Below, piece after piece: positions 34,301 through 46,606 of a stretch of 64,000 nt of DNA. This stretch comes from Squalus acanthias. Lineage: Eukaryota. The notes beneath the pieces are model-generated. The model was given only the letters and a program-made list of their open reading frames with translations, made no database searches and was not told the origin of the DNA. The DNA is taken from assembly GCA_030390025.1 (NCBI GenBank), contig CM059453.1, positions 248,001-312,000 of the forward strand, written 5' to 3'. The translations under genes and the position numbers were made by a program. Numbering within the stretch: the first letter of the stretch is position 1; the number at the start of each line of letters is the position of its first letter.

Positions 34301-37300
34301 TGTCCATGATACAAATAATTTGGAGATATAACGACTAATGGTTAATTAATTGGGGCCATATGTTACCCGATGAGGCATAATACTGCTTTACAACTGCGAG
34401 GAGTAATTCAGAATGGCGAACATACTTGCAACACGTGGTAGAGAAAAATGAACAAAATGTGATTTTCTTGTTATTTCTTTCTCAGATTTAGTTGTAAGCC
34501 ATCAATCTGCGTTTTAACATTGAAATGTACCTAACAAGCTGGTTGTCTCCCTTTTTTATAGAAAAGCCAGAGATTTCAGGTGATGGGCAATTGATCGCTG
34601 GGCAAACTGCACGATTGAACTGTTCCATCACCCACAACTGCCCGGATGGCAACCTGAAACTGAAGTGGATTAATGACAATGTGTCCCTTCCTCCCCCAAT
34701 GGATACTCAAGATGGAGCAGAAATTAGCAATGAAAGTTTAGGTTCTCGGACAGTTTCATCCGTGATCACCTTTACACCATCACCTGCTCATGACGGGAAA
34801 ATTCTGGGATGCACAATTCTAATTGATGGTATCCCAACTCATTCAGCACAAAATCTTACCTTGGAGATTAAAGGTAAGCGTCCGGTCAAATGTAATCAGA
34901 TTTATCCTGTAGCACAACGGGTTCCAAATTTGCACTTTTACCACAAATAATTTATGAGGGGTTAGAACTGCATCAAAGAATGCATCATGAAAAGCTCAGC
35001 CTCTGTACCAGGGGAGCTCACTTCGATAATCAAAGGTTCGGAATGGCTCACATCTAATTCTCATCAGTCATATTTCATTAGAAATATTCATATCCATGAA
35101 TCAATGATGGTGCCTCCAACAGATTTTTTAATATGATTGTTAATCTTTATTCTATGAACTTCCAGTCAGGTTCTGAGTTTAGTCAGTCATAGATGGAAGC
35201 AACAAAGGCCATGCCTAGTTAGGATCTGAAGCTGTGACACCAGATCTCAGCTCTGGTGGTTGAGCTTAATAAGAACTTAAGAATTAGGAACAGGAGTAGG
35301 CCATACGGCCATTCGAGCCTGCTCAGCCACTCCGGCAATCATGGCTGATCATCGAACTTACCTCCAATTTCCCGCCCGATCCCCATACCCAATATAATTA
35401 ATTAATTATGAACTCAATTATGCTTATTCAGCAATCACGTTTTGCATTTACGTCTGTTTCAGATGGACTGGACATCCCAACCGTCAACTCCTCTATAGCA
35501 GCTGTGGAAGGAAGTTCATTATTATTATACTGCACGGCCTGCGGGAAACCCCAGGTCAGTTTAAGATGGGTGAAAAATGGTGAAGAGACCAGCAGTTCTT
35601 CCACTAGTGAACTTAAGCAGATATTCCACAACATTAGTTCTGAGGACGACGGTGAATATTGGTGCATAGCTGAAAATGCCGTGGGCACCACCAACCGCTC
35701 CACACAGATTTCAGTACAATGTAAGTGTGTATGAATTTTCAATTAGACAGTAGCCTTTCACTTCAAGAATTCTGCATTAAATTCCAATTTTCTCTTGCCT
35801 GCTTGCTGGAAGGCACCCGTGTGCATCAGTTCGGCATAGTATCATCCCTTCCCGCGGAAATAGCGGCAAACTACCTCGATGGCTCCAATAATGGAAACTA
35901 ACCTGGCATCTCGCTCAGTATGACAGGAATGGAAGATGGCACAATGCCTCATAAATGCAGCAGGTCTTACAATTAAGAGGTTATGACAGCAGCATTTTTA
36001 CTGGGAAATTTAATCAACATCTAATTCTTAATAAATAATACTCATCGTCTGAAGTAAACAGTTTTCCAATCCTTAGAACTGACTTGCAACAATTTGATGA
36101 GCAGAAGTTCTCCAAAATGAAATCTGATAAAGTGGTGTTAAGCCAACTTCTGTTACTTGTATTAATGTTGAGTTAACAGTGTAATATTCCGAGACAAGTT
36201 ACTTTGAACTGTCGCCTAGTTACCCGGACATTTATTGAAAAATTACTTCAGTCCATCACAAACGAAGATGTTGAAAACAGTACACAAAGTGAAGAAATTG
36301 AAATTAATTCACCTGTTAAAACAGTGACGGGTGAATCACGTTTTTGGGTATGTTATAGATAATTAACACTCTGAGCTTGCTCCGTCTGAGGAAACTTCCA
36401 CAATATCTGTCAGGACAGGTCTGGTTGGACTGAACACCAATTAGGTTTAATATTAAATTGTTCCTTACGAGCTCACCTGTTATAAGTGAAAATATAATAA
36501 GCCATCAACTGGTGCAACATATGCTGCTTCATCTTAAAATATATCTACCAGAACTATTATGGTAAGTTCAACTCATGAATTAATTGTACTTCGACACTGA
36601 CATGATCATTTACTATTGAAGTTTCCATTTTTTTTAGATAAACCCACAATTTTAGCAGGCCCGACATGCACATGCTCTGAGAAATGGACGAATTGTTCCT
36701 GCCGGATCAGAGCCAATCCCCCGGGCAACATCACATGGGACCTCAATGGGAGAATCCTCACTGGGAACAGGTCAGATGTGGAAATCATCTCCTGGGCGGT
36801 GAACAGTCATCTCGTGAAGAGCTCCCTGAGATTGACTCACCCAACCGGAACCGGAAACCTGATCTCATGTGTTGCAGCAAACGAGCACGGTGATTCTGTC
36901 AGTAAATACCAGCTCCACTCTGAGGGTACGTGTTTAATTTATCTGTAATTTAATACTATAAGGGAGTTGGTGCATCACTGGTCAGTCAGTAACTGAACGG
37001 TGTTAGAGTCAGCAAATACCAGTTTCACTCAGCAGGTCCATACGGAATCTATCTTGAATTAGTGTAAGGACCACTTTCATCAGTGGTCAATCACCAACTG
37101 AAAGGTGAGGTCGGCATTATCCATTTTAACATTCATTCTTCTGCAACTTGTTCGGTTTATATTTTCAAGATAAGTTGAAATTATATGAGCACCAGAAATA
37201 GCCAGTGATCCTGGAAAACAAATTCTTCTGAATTAAGTTAAACTCTTTAGAAAATCCTGAATTATCTCGATACATGATAGCAAACTGCAATCTACCCTTT

Positions 37301-40300
37301 TGTAGCTACATGCTCATTTCTATCGTGTTCAGACACATTTGGGTTTGTAGAGCAACATTTGGGGCAACACGGTGGCATAGTGGTTAGCACCGTTACCTCA
37401 CAGCGCCAGGGACTCGGGTTCGAATCCAGCCACGGGTGACTGTCTGTGTGGAGTTTGCACATTCTCCCCGTGTCTGCGTGGGTTTCCTCCGGATGCTCCG
37501 GTTTCCTCCCATAGTCCAAAAATGTGCGGGTTAGGTTGATTTGGCTATGATAAATTGACCCTTAGTGTTAGGGGGATTAAATGCGTGTGGTTACGGGGAT
37601 AGGGTGGGATATGTGTCGGTGCAGGCTCGATGGGCCGAAATGGCCTCTATCTGCACTGTGGGGATTCTGTGATTCTGTGAGGTGAGATATTTGTCGGTGC
37701 AGGCTCGCTCGGCCGAAATGGCCTCTATCTGCACTGTGGGGATTCTGTGATTCTGTGAGGTGAGATATTTGTCGGTGCAGGCTCGCTGGGCCGAAATGGC
37801 CTCTATCTGCACTGTGGTTATTCTGTGTGATTCAGTAGCCTAAGCAAAATTGAATTATCGCCACAGATTATAAATCTCACCCACGTAATTGGTGACCGTA
37901 GCAGCCCTGTATTCCGATCAGATTAAGCACACTGTTTTTCCTAGGGTGGGTTGTGGAGTGAACTTAATTTGTAAATTGAGATTTTTACATCAGTGAATCT
38001 TAATTTATTAATTCAAATTTCCGCCAGTCCGCAACACAGGAACAAAAGGCTTTTACGCAAGGATCAACAGGTTGAGTCAAGTGGAGCACATAATGTACCA
38101 TTAGCTTTGTGATCCGAATATGAAGGAAACTTGCTTCCTCACATTCATAAATGTGCTTCCAAGATTGTTGTTTAATCCCACATTCCTAATATAGAGCAAT
38201 GTTATCCAACATTTCAGGAATATTCTCCAGGACAACCGTCCTCATAATAGGGGGAGGAATCATCGGGCTTGTTATTCTAATTGCAGTCGTACTCACGCTG
38301 AAGATAAAAAGGTAGGTGTTATTTATTTATTATATAGAATTAAGTTTCAAAGGAAACCTGCATCAGAAAGTCCGTGTATTAAAATCTCCTTTAAATTGAC
38401 TCCCATGAGTACAGTGTGCATCAGGCTAAACTGGTGCGTACAGTAGGAAGGTCAATCATTCCAGACCAGTCGTTCGCATCTCCCGGCATCAAATACAGAG
38501 TAATATTACTGTTTCTGTTGCTGCTTTTATGGGGCAGCCTCACACGAGCCTACTTGCCATGTCAGGCTCTCAGCATAAAACTACACCAGATTGATACTGA
38601 AGTTCTATCAATCAAGCTAGTCCAGGAAACAGTAAAACAACAAGCAAATAGTAAAAGTAACGTGACACATACGTTAACCGTAGTTCTTAAGTTTGTTTGG
38701 CTCAAGGAGTCGAACATTATATTTCAAAATTGGGTGTGACTGATGTGCTAAAGTATGATATAAGCAGTTATTTATGTTGCACGTGTTATCTTATTCTTTC
38801 CAGAGATTTAAGCTATTTGGTCTGACTAGCTTTCTTTGAAAGCTCCAGACAGACTCGCTGCTTTTCATAGACAGGCTGATAATTAACTTCAGAATTGTGA
38901 CCGGCTCCAAGTGAATTCAAATAACACCCAGTTAGGTTTACAATCTGCTACCAATCAAATTTATCCTTCAACCAATCGGACAGGATGTATACAATTCAAA
39001 TCTATGACGTTGCTTCTCGGATAGGCGCCGCCCCTCAACAGCCAATGTTTCGGCAACAACCGCAGCAACATGAGCCAGAAGACTCTTGTGAGTGGTGCTA
39101 GCTTTTAAACCTTCATGTACCATGATATATTTAAAGAAGGCAATTCCATGCTTAATAATATCAACTAATCAATGATCTCAAAAAGATTGATGAGGAATAT
39201 TGATGTATTCCTAATTTCTAACTCCAATGTGTTGAAGCGGTCTACCTAATAATAGAAAGGACTGCGTTTATACATTGAAACACTTGCATCTGCTTTTTAC
39301 CCAGGTTGAAATCATTAATAAACCGCGCACTGACCGTTATTTATCACACTCAACTTTCACCTAGAGCAATCAGCACCGTATCATTAACGTATATTAATGC
39401 CTATCATAGATAAAGTAAAATGTTCCCTTTTGAAATGTTGGCTGGTGGAAATTGAAAAGAATTGGGTTGCGGATCAGGTCTGTGCTAATCGGGAGAAGTA
39501 AAAGACATAAGGTGCCACATAAAAGGTTATTACATAAGATAAGGGCTCATTGGGTTGGGGGTAATATAGTAGCATGGATATAGGATAGGTTAACAGACAG
39601 AAAACAGATAGTAGGTATTAACGGATCTTTTTCAGGTTGGCAGGCTGCAAGTAGTAGGGTGCCGCAATGATCAGTATTGGGGCCTCAGCTATTTACAATC
39701 TATATTATGATCTAGATGAAGGGACCGAGTGTAATGTATCCATTTTTGTTGATGATACAAAGCTAGGTGGGATAGTAAACTGTGAGGAGAACACAAAGAG
39801 TCTGCTAAGGGATATAGGAGTGGGCTGTAAGGTGGCAGATGTAGAATAATGTCGGGAAATGTGAGGTTATTCACTTTCGTATGGTGAATAGCAAAGAGAA
39901 TATTTTATAAATGGTGAGAAACTTTCAAATGTTGGTATTCAGAGAGATTTGGCTGTCCTCGTTCAAGAAACACAGCAAGCTAGCATACAGGTACAGCAAG
40001 CAATAAGGAAGGCAATGGTATGTTGGCCTTTATTGCAACGGGGTTGGAGTATAAGAGTAAGGAAGTCTTGATAAAATTGTACAGGGCCTTGGTGAGACCA
40101 CACCTGGAGTACTGTGCACAGTTTTGCTCTCCTTATCTAAGGAAGAATATACTTGCCATGGAGGCGGTGCAACGAATGTTCACTAGGTTGATTCCTGGGA
40201 TGAGAGGGCTGTCCTATGATGAGAGCTTGTGAAGGAATGGGCCTATACTCTCTGGAGTTTAGAAGAATCAGAGGTGATCTCTTTGAAACATAGAAGATTC

Positions 40301-42762
40301 TGAAGGGGATTGACAGGCTAGACGCTGACAAGTTGTTTCTCCTGTCTGGTGTGTCTAGAAATAGGGGGCGTAGTCCCAGGATAAGGTGTGAGCCATTTAA
40401 GAACGAGATGAGGAGGAAATTCTTCGCTCAGAGGGTTGTGAATCTTTGGAATTCTCTGCCCCAGAGGGCTGTGGATGCTCAGTCTTTGAGTATATTCATG
40501 GCTGAGATAGATAGATTTTTGGACTCAAGGGGAATCAAGGGTTATGGAGGTCCGACGGGAAAGTGAGGTTGAGGTCGAAGTTCAGCTATGACCTTATTGA
40601 ATGGCGGAAAAGTCGCGAGGGGCATTATGGCCAACTCCTGCTCCAATTTCTTATTTCTTATGTTAAGTCTTTCCTGACCTACTGACGTCCTTCATCGCGC
40701 AGGCGCAGTGTGCTTTCATTAAACATTCCAGTTAATTAAGAGAAGTGACTCGTTTGCATTTGTTATTATTCAGGAAGAAACACGGAGAAGCTGCACGTTT
40801 CTCCGAAGCACACGATGATTTGGTGATTTACAGTCGGGTGCAGTACGCACTAAAGGCTGACGTAAGTGATGCCAAGCTGGGCTGACAATTGAAGGATGTT
40901 TGGTGTGCTTTCAACCAGCAATGACTCATAACGGGCAATACCAAACAGATAAACTGGAGTGTCAGAAACTTGTTGACCATTAAGGGAGGATTAACCGCCT
41001 CACGCCGCTAAGAGTGCAACATAGCTCCAGACTCTACGTATAGTGACCTACTACATCCAATTAGGGAGTATTTCTCACCTTGGCGTTCCTTCAAAAAACA
41101 AATTCTTAATATAAGAATGCCTTGCCAATGTCATCTTACCCCCCTACCAATTAGGTCTCATCTGTTAAATGCCCAACAAGATCACAAAATGTCAGCGACC
41201 CCAGAGGGGATAATCGTTGCCATTCCTCATTTTTATGTGTAATTTCCGAGTTGCATCTTGCTGCCGATGTGGTCCCCATGTTCCCCACCTATGGGTAAGA
41301 AGGTTCTGGCTTCAGGCTTCACCCCAGCATTTGAACCTATAATCTGGGCTGATACTTCACTTCAACACAAAGGTGTGCAGCATTGCCGGAAGACACGTCC
41401 TTTCGATTAGATGTTAAACGAGGCCACGTTTGTTTCCTCCTATGGAGGGAAACGTTCATATGGCCCTACTGTGGGGACGAATGAGAGTTTTCCCAGTGCC
41501 CGTGCTAACATTTCTCCCTCAATGAACACCAGCTAAAACAGATTAATTCGCCATTCATCCAATTAACTGGTTGCTGCATTTTTCCTACAATAGCGGCCGG
41601 AATTCAAAAGTTATTATTGCATAGCAGCGCTTCGGTCTTAATAATCACAGAATCATACAGCCCAGCAGGATGCCATTCAGCCCACGGTGCCTTTGCTGGC
41701 TGTTTGAAAGAGCTAAAACATTAGTCACACTACACTTCTTTTTACCCTTAGCCCTGATTGGATGTTTTTTTTCATGTTCACGCATATATCCAATTTCCTT
41801 TTGAAAGTAGCGATTGAATCTGCTCCCACCGCCCTATGAGAAGTGCATTCCAGATCACAACAACTCGCTGAGTTAAAAACATCCTTCTTACCTCGCATTT
41901 TGTTCTTGACCCAAATATCTTCAATCTGTGTTATCTGGTTATCGAAGCTCCTGCCAGTGGAAACAATCTCTCCTTATTTACTGTATCAAAATTCTGCAGA
42001 ATTTTGATCACCAATATCTAATCTCCTTTTATCATTCACTAAACTAACGAGAACAACTCCAGTTTCCCTCGACTGACCGTTTAAGTGTAGTCCCTCATTT
42101 CTCCTATAATTCTAGTAAATTTGCACTGTACGCTCTCTAATGCATTGACATCCTTTTGACAGTGTTATGCAAGAATTGGACACAATACTCCAGCCGAGGC
42201 ATAACCGCTGATGTATAACGGTTCACCGTATCTAACTTGTTTTCATAATCTGTACCTGAATTTATAAAAACCCGGATTTAGAAGCCTTAGAATCATAGAT
42301 TTTTACAGCACAGAAAGAGACATTTCGGACCATAGTAACTGTGCTGGCTGTTTGAAAGAGGTTTCCAATTTAGTCGCACACACCAGCCTTATCGACTCGT
42401 CCGGATAGACAATTGCAAGTTCTTTATTTCTTGCATCAAGACTTAACAACGCTCATTTCATGAATCCGCGCCTTTAGACAACTTACCAGGGATAAAATAG
42501 TAAGATTTCTTCTGTTGCAGACAGCAATCTCCCATCGCATTCTGCTCCATATCTGCAATAACTCCACATCTAACACAAATACCTTCCGTTACAGAGGGAC
42601 GATCACTGTACCAAGGCTGGTCGGGGCGCCGCACAATCGAATAAACCAGCTCAGAATGACGAGATTGCGTACGCGACCGTCAATGTCTCCAACTTCCGCA
42701 AACATGATTACTTTATTCAAAATGAGGAGAGCTGCAAATATGCAGCAATTAAACAGAACTGA
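31327..42762 (+). CDS. Gene B: intact Siglec/MAG-like inhibitory Ig-superfamily receptor, 8 exons, 543 aa (signal, V-set, 3 C2-type, TM, ITIM tail)
   Basis: Exons are 31327-31369, 31994-32374, 34562-34873, 35463-35720, 36638-36925, 38218-38311, 40774-40861 and 42595-42762. All introns are GT-AG, with phases 1,1,1,1,1,2,0. Total 1632 nt = 544 codons with no internal stop. Siglec-type Cys pattern present (GSCAEIRCMFDYP ... QCSFLL; THNCP in d2). Confidence 0.9.
31994..32374 (+). CDS. Gene B exon 2, Siglec-type V-set Ig domain
   Basis: ttttgctcag acceptor and G|GTGAGT donor, 381 nt. Reads VSAVAGSCAEIRCMFDYP..W..GRAEF..QCSFLLKDIRKSDEGTY. Confidence 0.95.
33420..33760 (-). mobile_element. Highly degenerate CR1 RT fragment in gene B intron 2
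   Basis: GVPEFCPVGLLLFTGCINNLDKALKRIMSKF resembles GVPQGSVLGPLLF.IYINDLD..ISKF. Confidence 0.55.
34562..34873 (+). CDS. Gene B exon 3, C2-set Ig domain 2
   Basis: tttttatag acceptor and G|GTAAGC donor, 312 nt. LNCSITHNCP..W..SVITFTPSPAHDGKILGC is typical of Siglec domain 2. Confidence 0.95.
35463..35720 (+). CDS. Gene B exon 4, Ig domain 3
   Basis: gtttcag acceptor and T|GTAAGT donor, 258 nt. Reads EGSSLLLYCTACGKP..W..EDDGEYWCIAENAVG. Confidence 0.95.
36638..36925 (+). CDS. Gene B exon 5, membrane-proximal Ig domain 4 (MAG domain-5-like)
   Basis: ttttttag acceptor and G|GTACGT donor, 288 nt. The C..CSC..ANP..W..SSL.L..C.AAN.HG pattern resembles the membrane-proximal domain of MAG and multi-domain Siglecs. 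Confidence 0.93.
37361..37833 (+). mobile_element. HE1-type V-SINE with triplicated CR1-derived tail (78-bp period)
   Basis: tRNA head with A box (tggcatagtgg) and B box (gggttcgaatcc). V-domain tgtgtggagtttgcacattctccccgtgtctgcgtgggtttcctccgg. Tail repeats start at 37615, 37693 and 37771. Confidence 0.9.
38218..38311 (+). CDS. Gene B exon 6, transmembrane (GIFSRTTVLIIGGGIIGLVILIAVVLTLKIKR)
   Basis: atttcag acceptor and AG|GTAGGT donor, phase 1 in and phase 2 out. Uncharged 22-aa hydrophobic run followed by basic residues. Confidence 0.9.
39507..40665 (+). mobile_element. CR1 LINE 3' fragment in gene B intron 6 (duplicate of 1-870)
   Basis: KVPHKRLL, FVDDTKLGG and LVRPHLEYC motifs with stops and frameshifts; CR1 tail. 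Confidence 0.93.
40774..40861 (+). CDS. Gene B exon 7, cytoplasmic with ITIM VIYSRV
   Basis: ttattattcag acceptor and GAC|GTAAGT donor, 88 nt, phase 2 to 0. Reads KKHGEAARFSEAHDDLVIYSRVQYALKAD. Conserved at 978-1065. Confidence 0.88.
42595..42762 (+). CDS. Gene B exon 8, ITIM IAYATV plus distal ITIM-like CKYAAI, stop
   Basis: ccttccgttacag acceptor with an upstream CTAAC branch point. Reads RDDHCTKAGRGAAQSNKPAQNDEIAYATVNVSNFRKHDYFIQNEESCKYAAIKQN*. Confidence 0.9.
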   Translation, partial: RDDHCTKAGRGAAQSNKPAQNDEIAYATVNVSNFRKHDYFIQNEESCKYAAIKQN

Positions 42763-45700
42763 AAGTTAACAGGAGTTGTACTGTCAGCGCGTATGGTCAC
42801 GAGACTGACAATACTTTAAAACACCTGATGACATAAAGTAAATCAAACACCTTTGCATTGCAACAAGGACTATGAGAATGGTGGTCGTTCAGAAAATCGG
42901 TCGCATGTTTTGATTTACGTTCCCAAAGTCAATTTCATTGGAATAGGTTTGACTGTATTAATTTTTCATTAATTTAACTTTTCAAATTTTTTTATATATT
43001 CTTTGAAAATAACAATTTTACAAACCATTTCTAAGATCGTCTCTGTCTGTTAATCTATTGAAATCCATCAGTCCGCAGTATGAACCTTCACAACCGGGGA
43101 CCAGGTTGCCAAAAACGCTTGCAATGATACACCAGAGACAATGGCCCTGAATTTCCGTTCGGAGGCTTCCTTCGGGCGGATGACTCCGATCGGAAAAAAA
43201 TCGACCAACTTACCTGCTGGTTCCGTACATACCGAGGCTTGCGATCCTGGCTCTCTCCTCTTAGAAATGCGCAGAAGTCCCGGTATCCCAATGGGCGCAT
43301 ACGCTTCGCAAGCGCCCCTGGGATCACGTGGGCCGGGCGCACCAATGGAAGAAAGAAATCCCCCTTCATCCTTTTGACTATTCCGTCAGAACACAACTGT
43401 CAAAAGTATGAAAGGGGTTAACTACAAAAATGCACCAACACACTGAAATAAATAAAGAAAAACCATTCCAAATGTAAAATTAATTAAAATGCCATTTTAT
43501 TAAATATTTTAAACAAAAATTTATTTTTTTGAAAAATAAATTTTAATGTTTTAATCAGCTAAAATAACCTTACATTACAGCAAATGTTTTTTAATGTATA
43601 AACAATTAAACATATATTTTTAACGTTATTTTAAACTCTTATACTGTGCGTAAGAATTCTATGGCCTTTCAGCGGGCGTAAGTTGTGCAAAAAGTGCAAC
43701 TCTCCGGCCGCAGAGGCCCATCTCCCGGTGATGTGGAGGATCTGTCAAGAAGCTTCTTGGGAGATCGGAATTGCAGTTATAGCGCATTCGCTTCGCATGC
43801 CCCTATGGGTGCGTAGACTTCTCGTACGCACCAGTAGGGGTCGCAAAATTCGACGCCTATAAATCTGGTGCTAATTTAAAGAGATCCATAATTAAGCGCA
43901 TAGACGAGTTCTGGCGAGAGATCCAAATAATTTGAAGTTGTCAGCCCTGGAATTGCGTTGTCTGAGATGGTCGAGTATGCCGACGTAATCACTTTGAGAT
44001 GCGCTGTAATTCCAGATTTCTGGTAATTGCGACCTGTCAACCTAAGTATTGACAGGCCATCCGCAGGGGCTCTGATGATGCAATCGCTGTCGCTGAGTTC
44101 GGCTATTTGCTCAGCGACTGTCCAGCAATTGCTTATGTAAGTCTTGCGGTTGATGCAAGCGAAGAGCCTGTTTACATCAGCGTAAGGACATATCTAAGGC
44201 TTAAATAAAACATTTAAAAATCCAAATTGTATGCACATACACTGTATTAAATGTGTTTATGCAAATACTGGCCCGATACCAGTGTTGAAGATGTATGAAA
44301 TTATTATCAAATAAATATATTTTTATTGGCCCTGAATTTGCGGTCGGAGGCGTACTTCCGGCGTACACCTCTCACCTGCGAAATATTTCTGAAATTACCC
44401 ATTTGATCCATAACTACGGATAATTCGGATCCTGGGTCTCCCGGCGTACGCCTGCTAAAGGCTCATGGATCGCAGGGACGCAGACAGTCCGGAAGTGTCC
44501 CTGGGATCACCTAGGCCGGGTCCTCCAATGAGAATGGGGGATTCCATTGCAGTCATTTACGAAGGGAATCCGTTAATGATATGCAACGGAATCCACAAAT
44601 AATTATACAATTTAGACAACTCCAATAAATATAAATGTTCTTTTTTACAAGTTTAATTGAAAATCCCTCAATCACACCAAACAACATAAAGAAATATTTT
44701 TTTGGAAAATAATTTTATACATTTTCAGCCTGGCCAATATTTCCAGAAACGAATTTTAAGTGTCTGTGCATTATTTTTTTATTTTTACATTTTTAAATCA
44801 AGATTTATTTTAACCGTTACGAAAGTGAAAGAATGCCCTACGCCTGCGTTTACCAACCATCAGTGCTTCGTGGGCAATTGCTGGGCAGTATTTGGGCAAA
44901 TATCTCAACTGTGCGCCAGCGAATGTGATTTATCTGTCGGTTCTTTCGATCTGTCCAGGCATACCTGGACAGATCGCAGATTCCACGTTTGCGCGCATGC
45001 GCAACACATTTGTAGACCCGGAATTTGCGGGATCCAAACTGAAGTATGAGGATGGCATCGGCTGAGCGAATGCCGTCAAAGACACCATAAATTCTGGCAG
45101 ATTGAGGTTGGTGGAATGAAGGTAATTATGAATAAAATTCAAATTCTGTTGATTGTGTAAGTTTCACATTTGGGATACCATTGCATGTCAATAGCGAATT
45201 CCCTTCGTAAATGACTGCAATGGAATTCTCGTTTGTCATTGGAGGACCAGGCCCATGTGATCCCAAGTACGCTTCCGCACCGCCTGTGCCCTTGGGGATC
45301 CCTGGGCCATTACGCTGACCGCCGCCACGAGGCCTGAGACCGCAACTTTTCGCAGACTGGCTCCACCAGGTAATTTCGTAATTGTTTGGCGTGTCGGAGA
45401 CGTATTTCTCGCCCACAATTTATTTGGACGCATTTGATTTGAGCCCTGATTGTGCATCGGGGCTAAAAAAAAAAGGACCTGTCAATCTGTATTCCGCTCA
45501 CTCGCGACAACACGTGACTTTCTGATTTTTAACCATTTAATTGGCTCCAATTAGGCTCCGCCCACATAGCTGGCCTTGCAACCAGGTGAAATTGCGGGAG
45601 GGTGTAATTACAGTTTGATCAGTTCAAACAGACAGGTTCCATTAGAAAAGAGCCCACACGAAGTTATGGTGAGAAATGTTGACTGTAATTGTATCAGATG

Positions 45701-46419
45701 CATTTTTTAAATATTTTCTTATTTGATCTTCGCAGTCACTCGACGCGTGGCTGTTCAGAGACTGCAGTCTCTAATATCTGTCTCTGAGGACTTCTCATTG
45801 CGATTTTGCTTCCTCTATCTCCTCTTTCGCAACTCTCACTCTCTCGTTCACTCGTTCTCTGATCTCTTGTGCTTCTCATCCATTAACTGTTTCCAATTCT
45901 GTCTCGCCCACGTCTGATTCTCTATATTTATGTAACTTTCTTGTATCCTTTCAGTGTCATTGGTATGGCATGGTCCAGTTGCGGAAAGGAGTCACCAATG
46001 CCTGTATTTTGAATTTGTACTGACAAATTCAAGGAAAATGCGGCGACAACAATTCCCTTCTCATCTGTTACCCAATAATTCATGCTTTTCCAATTTCTTC
46101 AATCCAATCACATCGCCTACCCCGTCAACTTCCCACTACTTCCTCACTTTTTTATAATCGCCACATCAATAGAAATACCCATAATCTGTCAACTTCCACT
46201 TGCTCCTTTCTTAACCGACCGTTAACTTGAACAGTTTTTCACAAGGGTAAAGTCAGAGCTCCCTCTCTCGCAGCTTGTTTCCCCGGGCTCCTTTCCCTCA
46301 CGTTCCTATTCTCCTTTCCTCTTTCTTCCCCGAAAAGATGCATTGTTTGATTTCAAAATAAAACTTTTTTGAGGAATGGAAATACTTTTACAATAGAGAA
46401 GCAAACCAGAAAGACAGCC

Positions 46420-46606
46420 GATGATAGATACATAGATCGATAGATAGATAGTTAGATAGACAGTTAGAAAGAAAGATAGTCATAACGGCAAAGAAGGAGA
46501 CCATTCGGCCAGCGACTCCATGCCGGAAAAATCGTGCCCTCCATCGGGGAATTGAACCGAGGTCTCCCACGTAAGAGGCAGGGAAACTCTCCACTATAAG
46601 GAAGAA
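46420..46606 (-). mobile_element. tRNA-Asp-derived head fused to CR1-type tail and (TATC)n (short SINE-like retrocopy)
   Basis: Minus strand TATAGTGGAGAGTTTCCCTGCCTCTTACGTGGGAGACCTCGGTTCAATTCCCCGATGG aligns to vertebrate tRNA-Asp(GTC). It is followed by ggccgaatggtctccttctttgccgttatgactat. Confidence 0.7.

Noticed and set aside
38804-38825. Strong acceptor giving an RDLSYLV* short tail
   Set aside because: Only an acceptor-like motif. No paralogue is available to test it and there is no complete tyrosine motif, so support is insufficient.
46537-46606. Functional tRNA-Asp gene
   Set aside because: The anticodon is mutated differently in each copy, stems are disrupted, the 5' end is degenerate and it is fused to a LINE tail.
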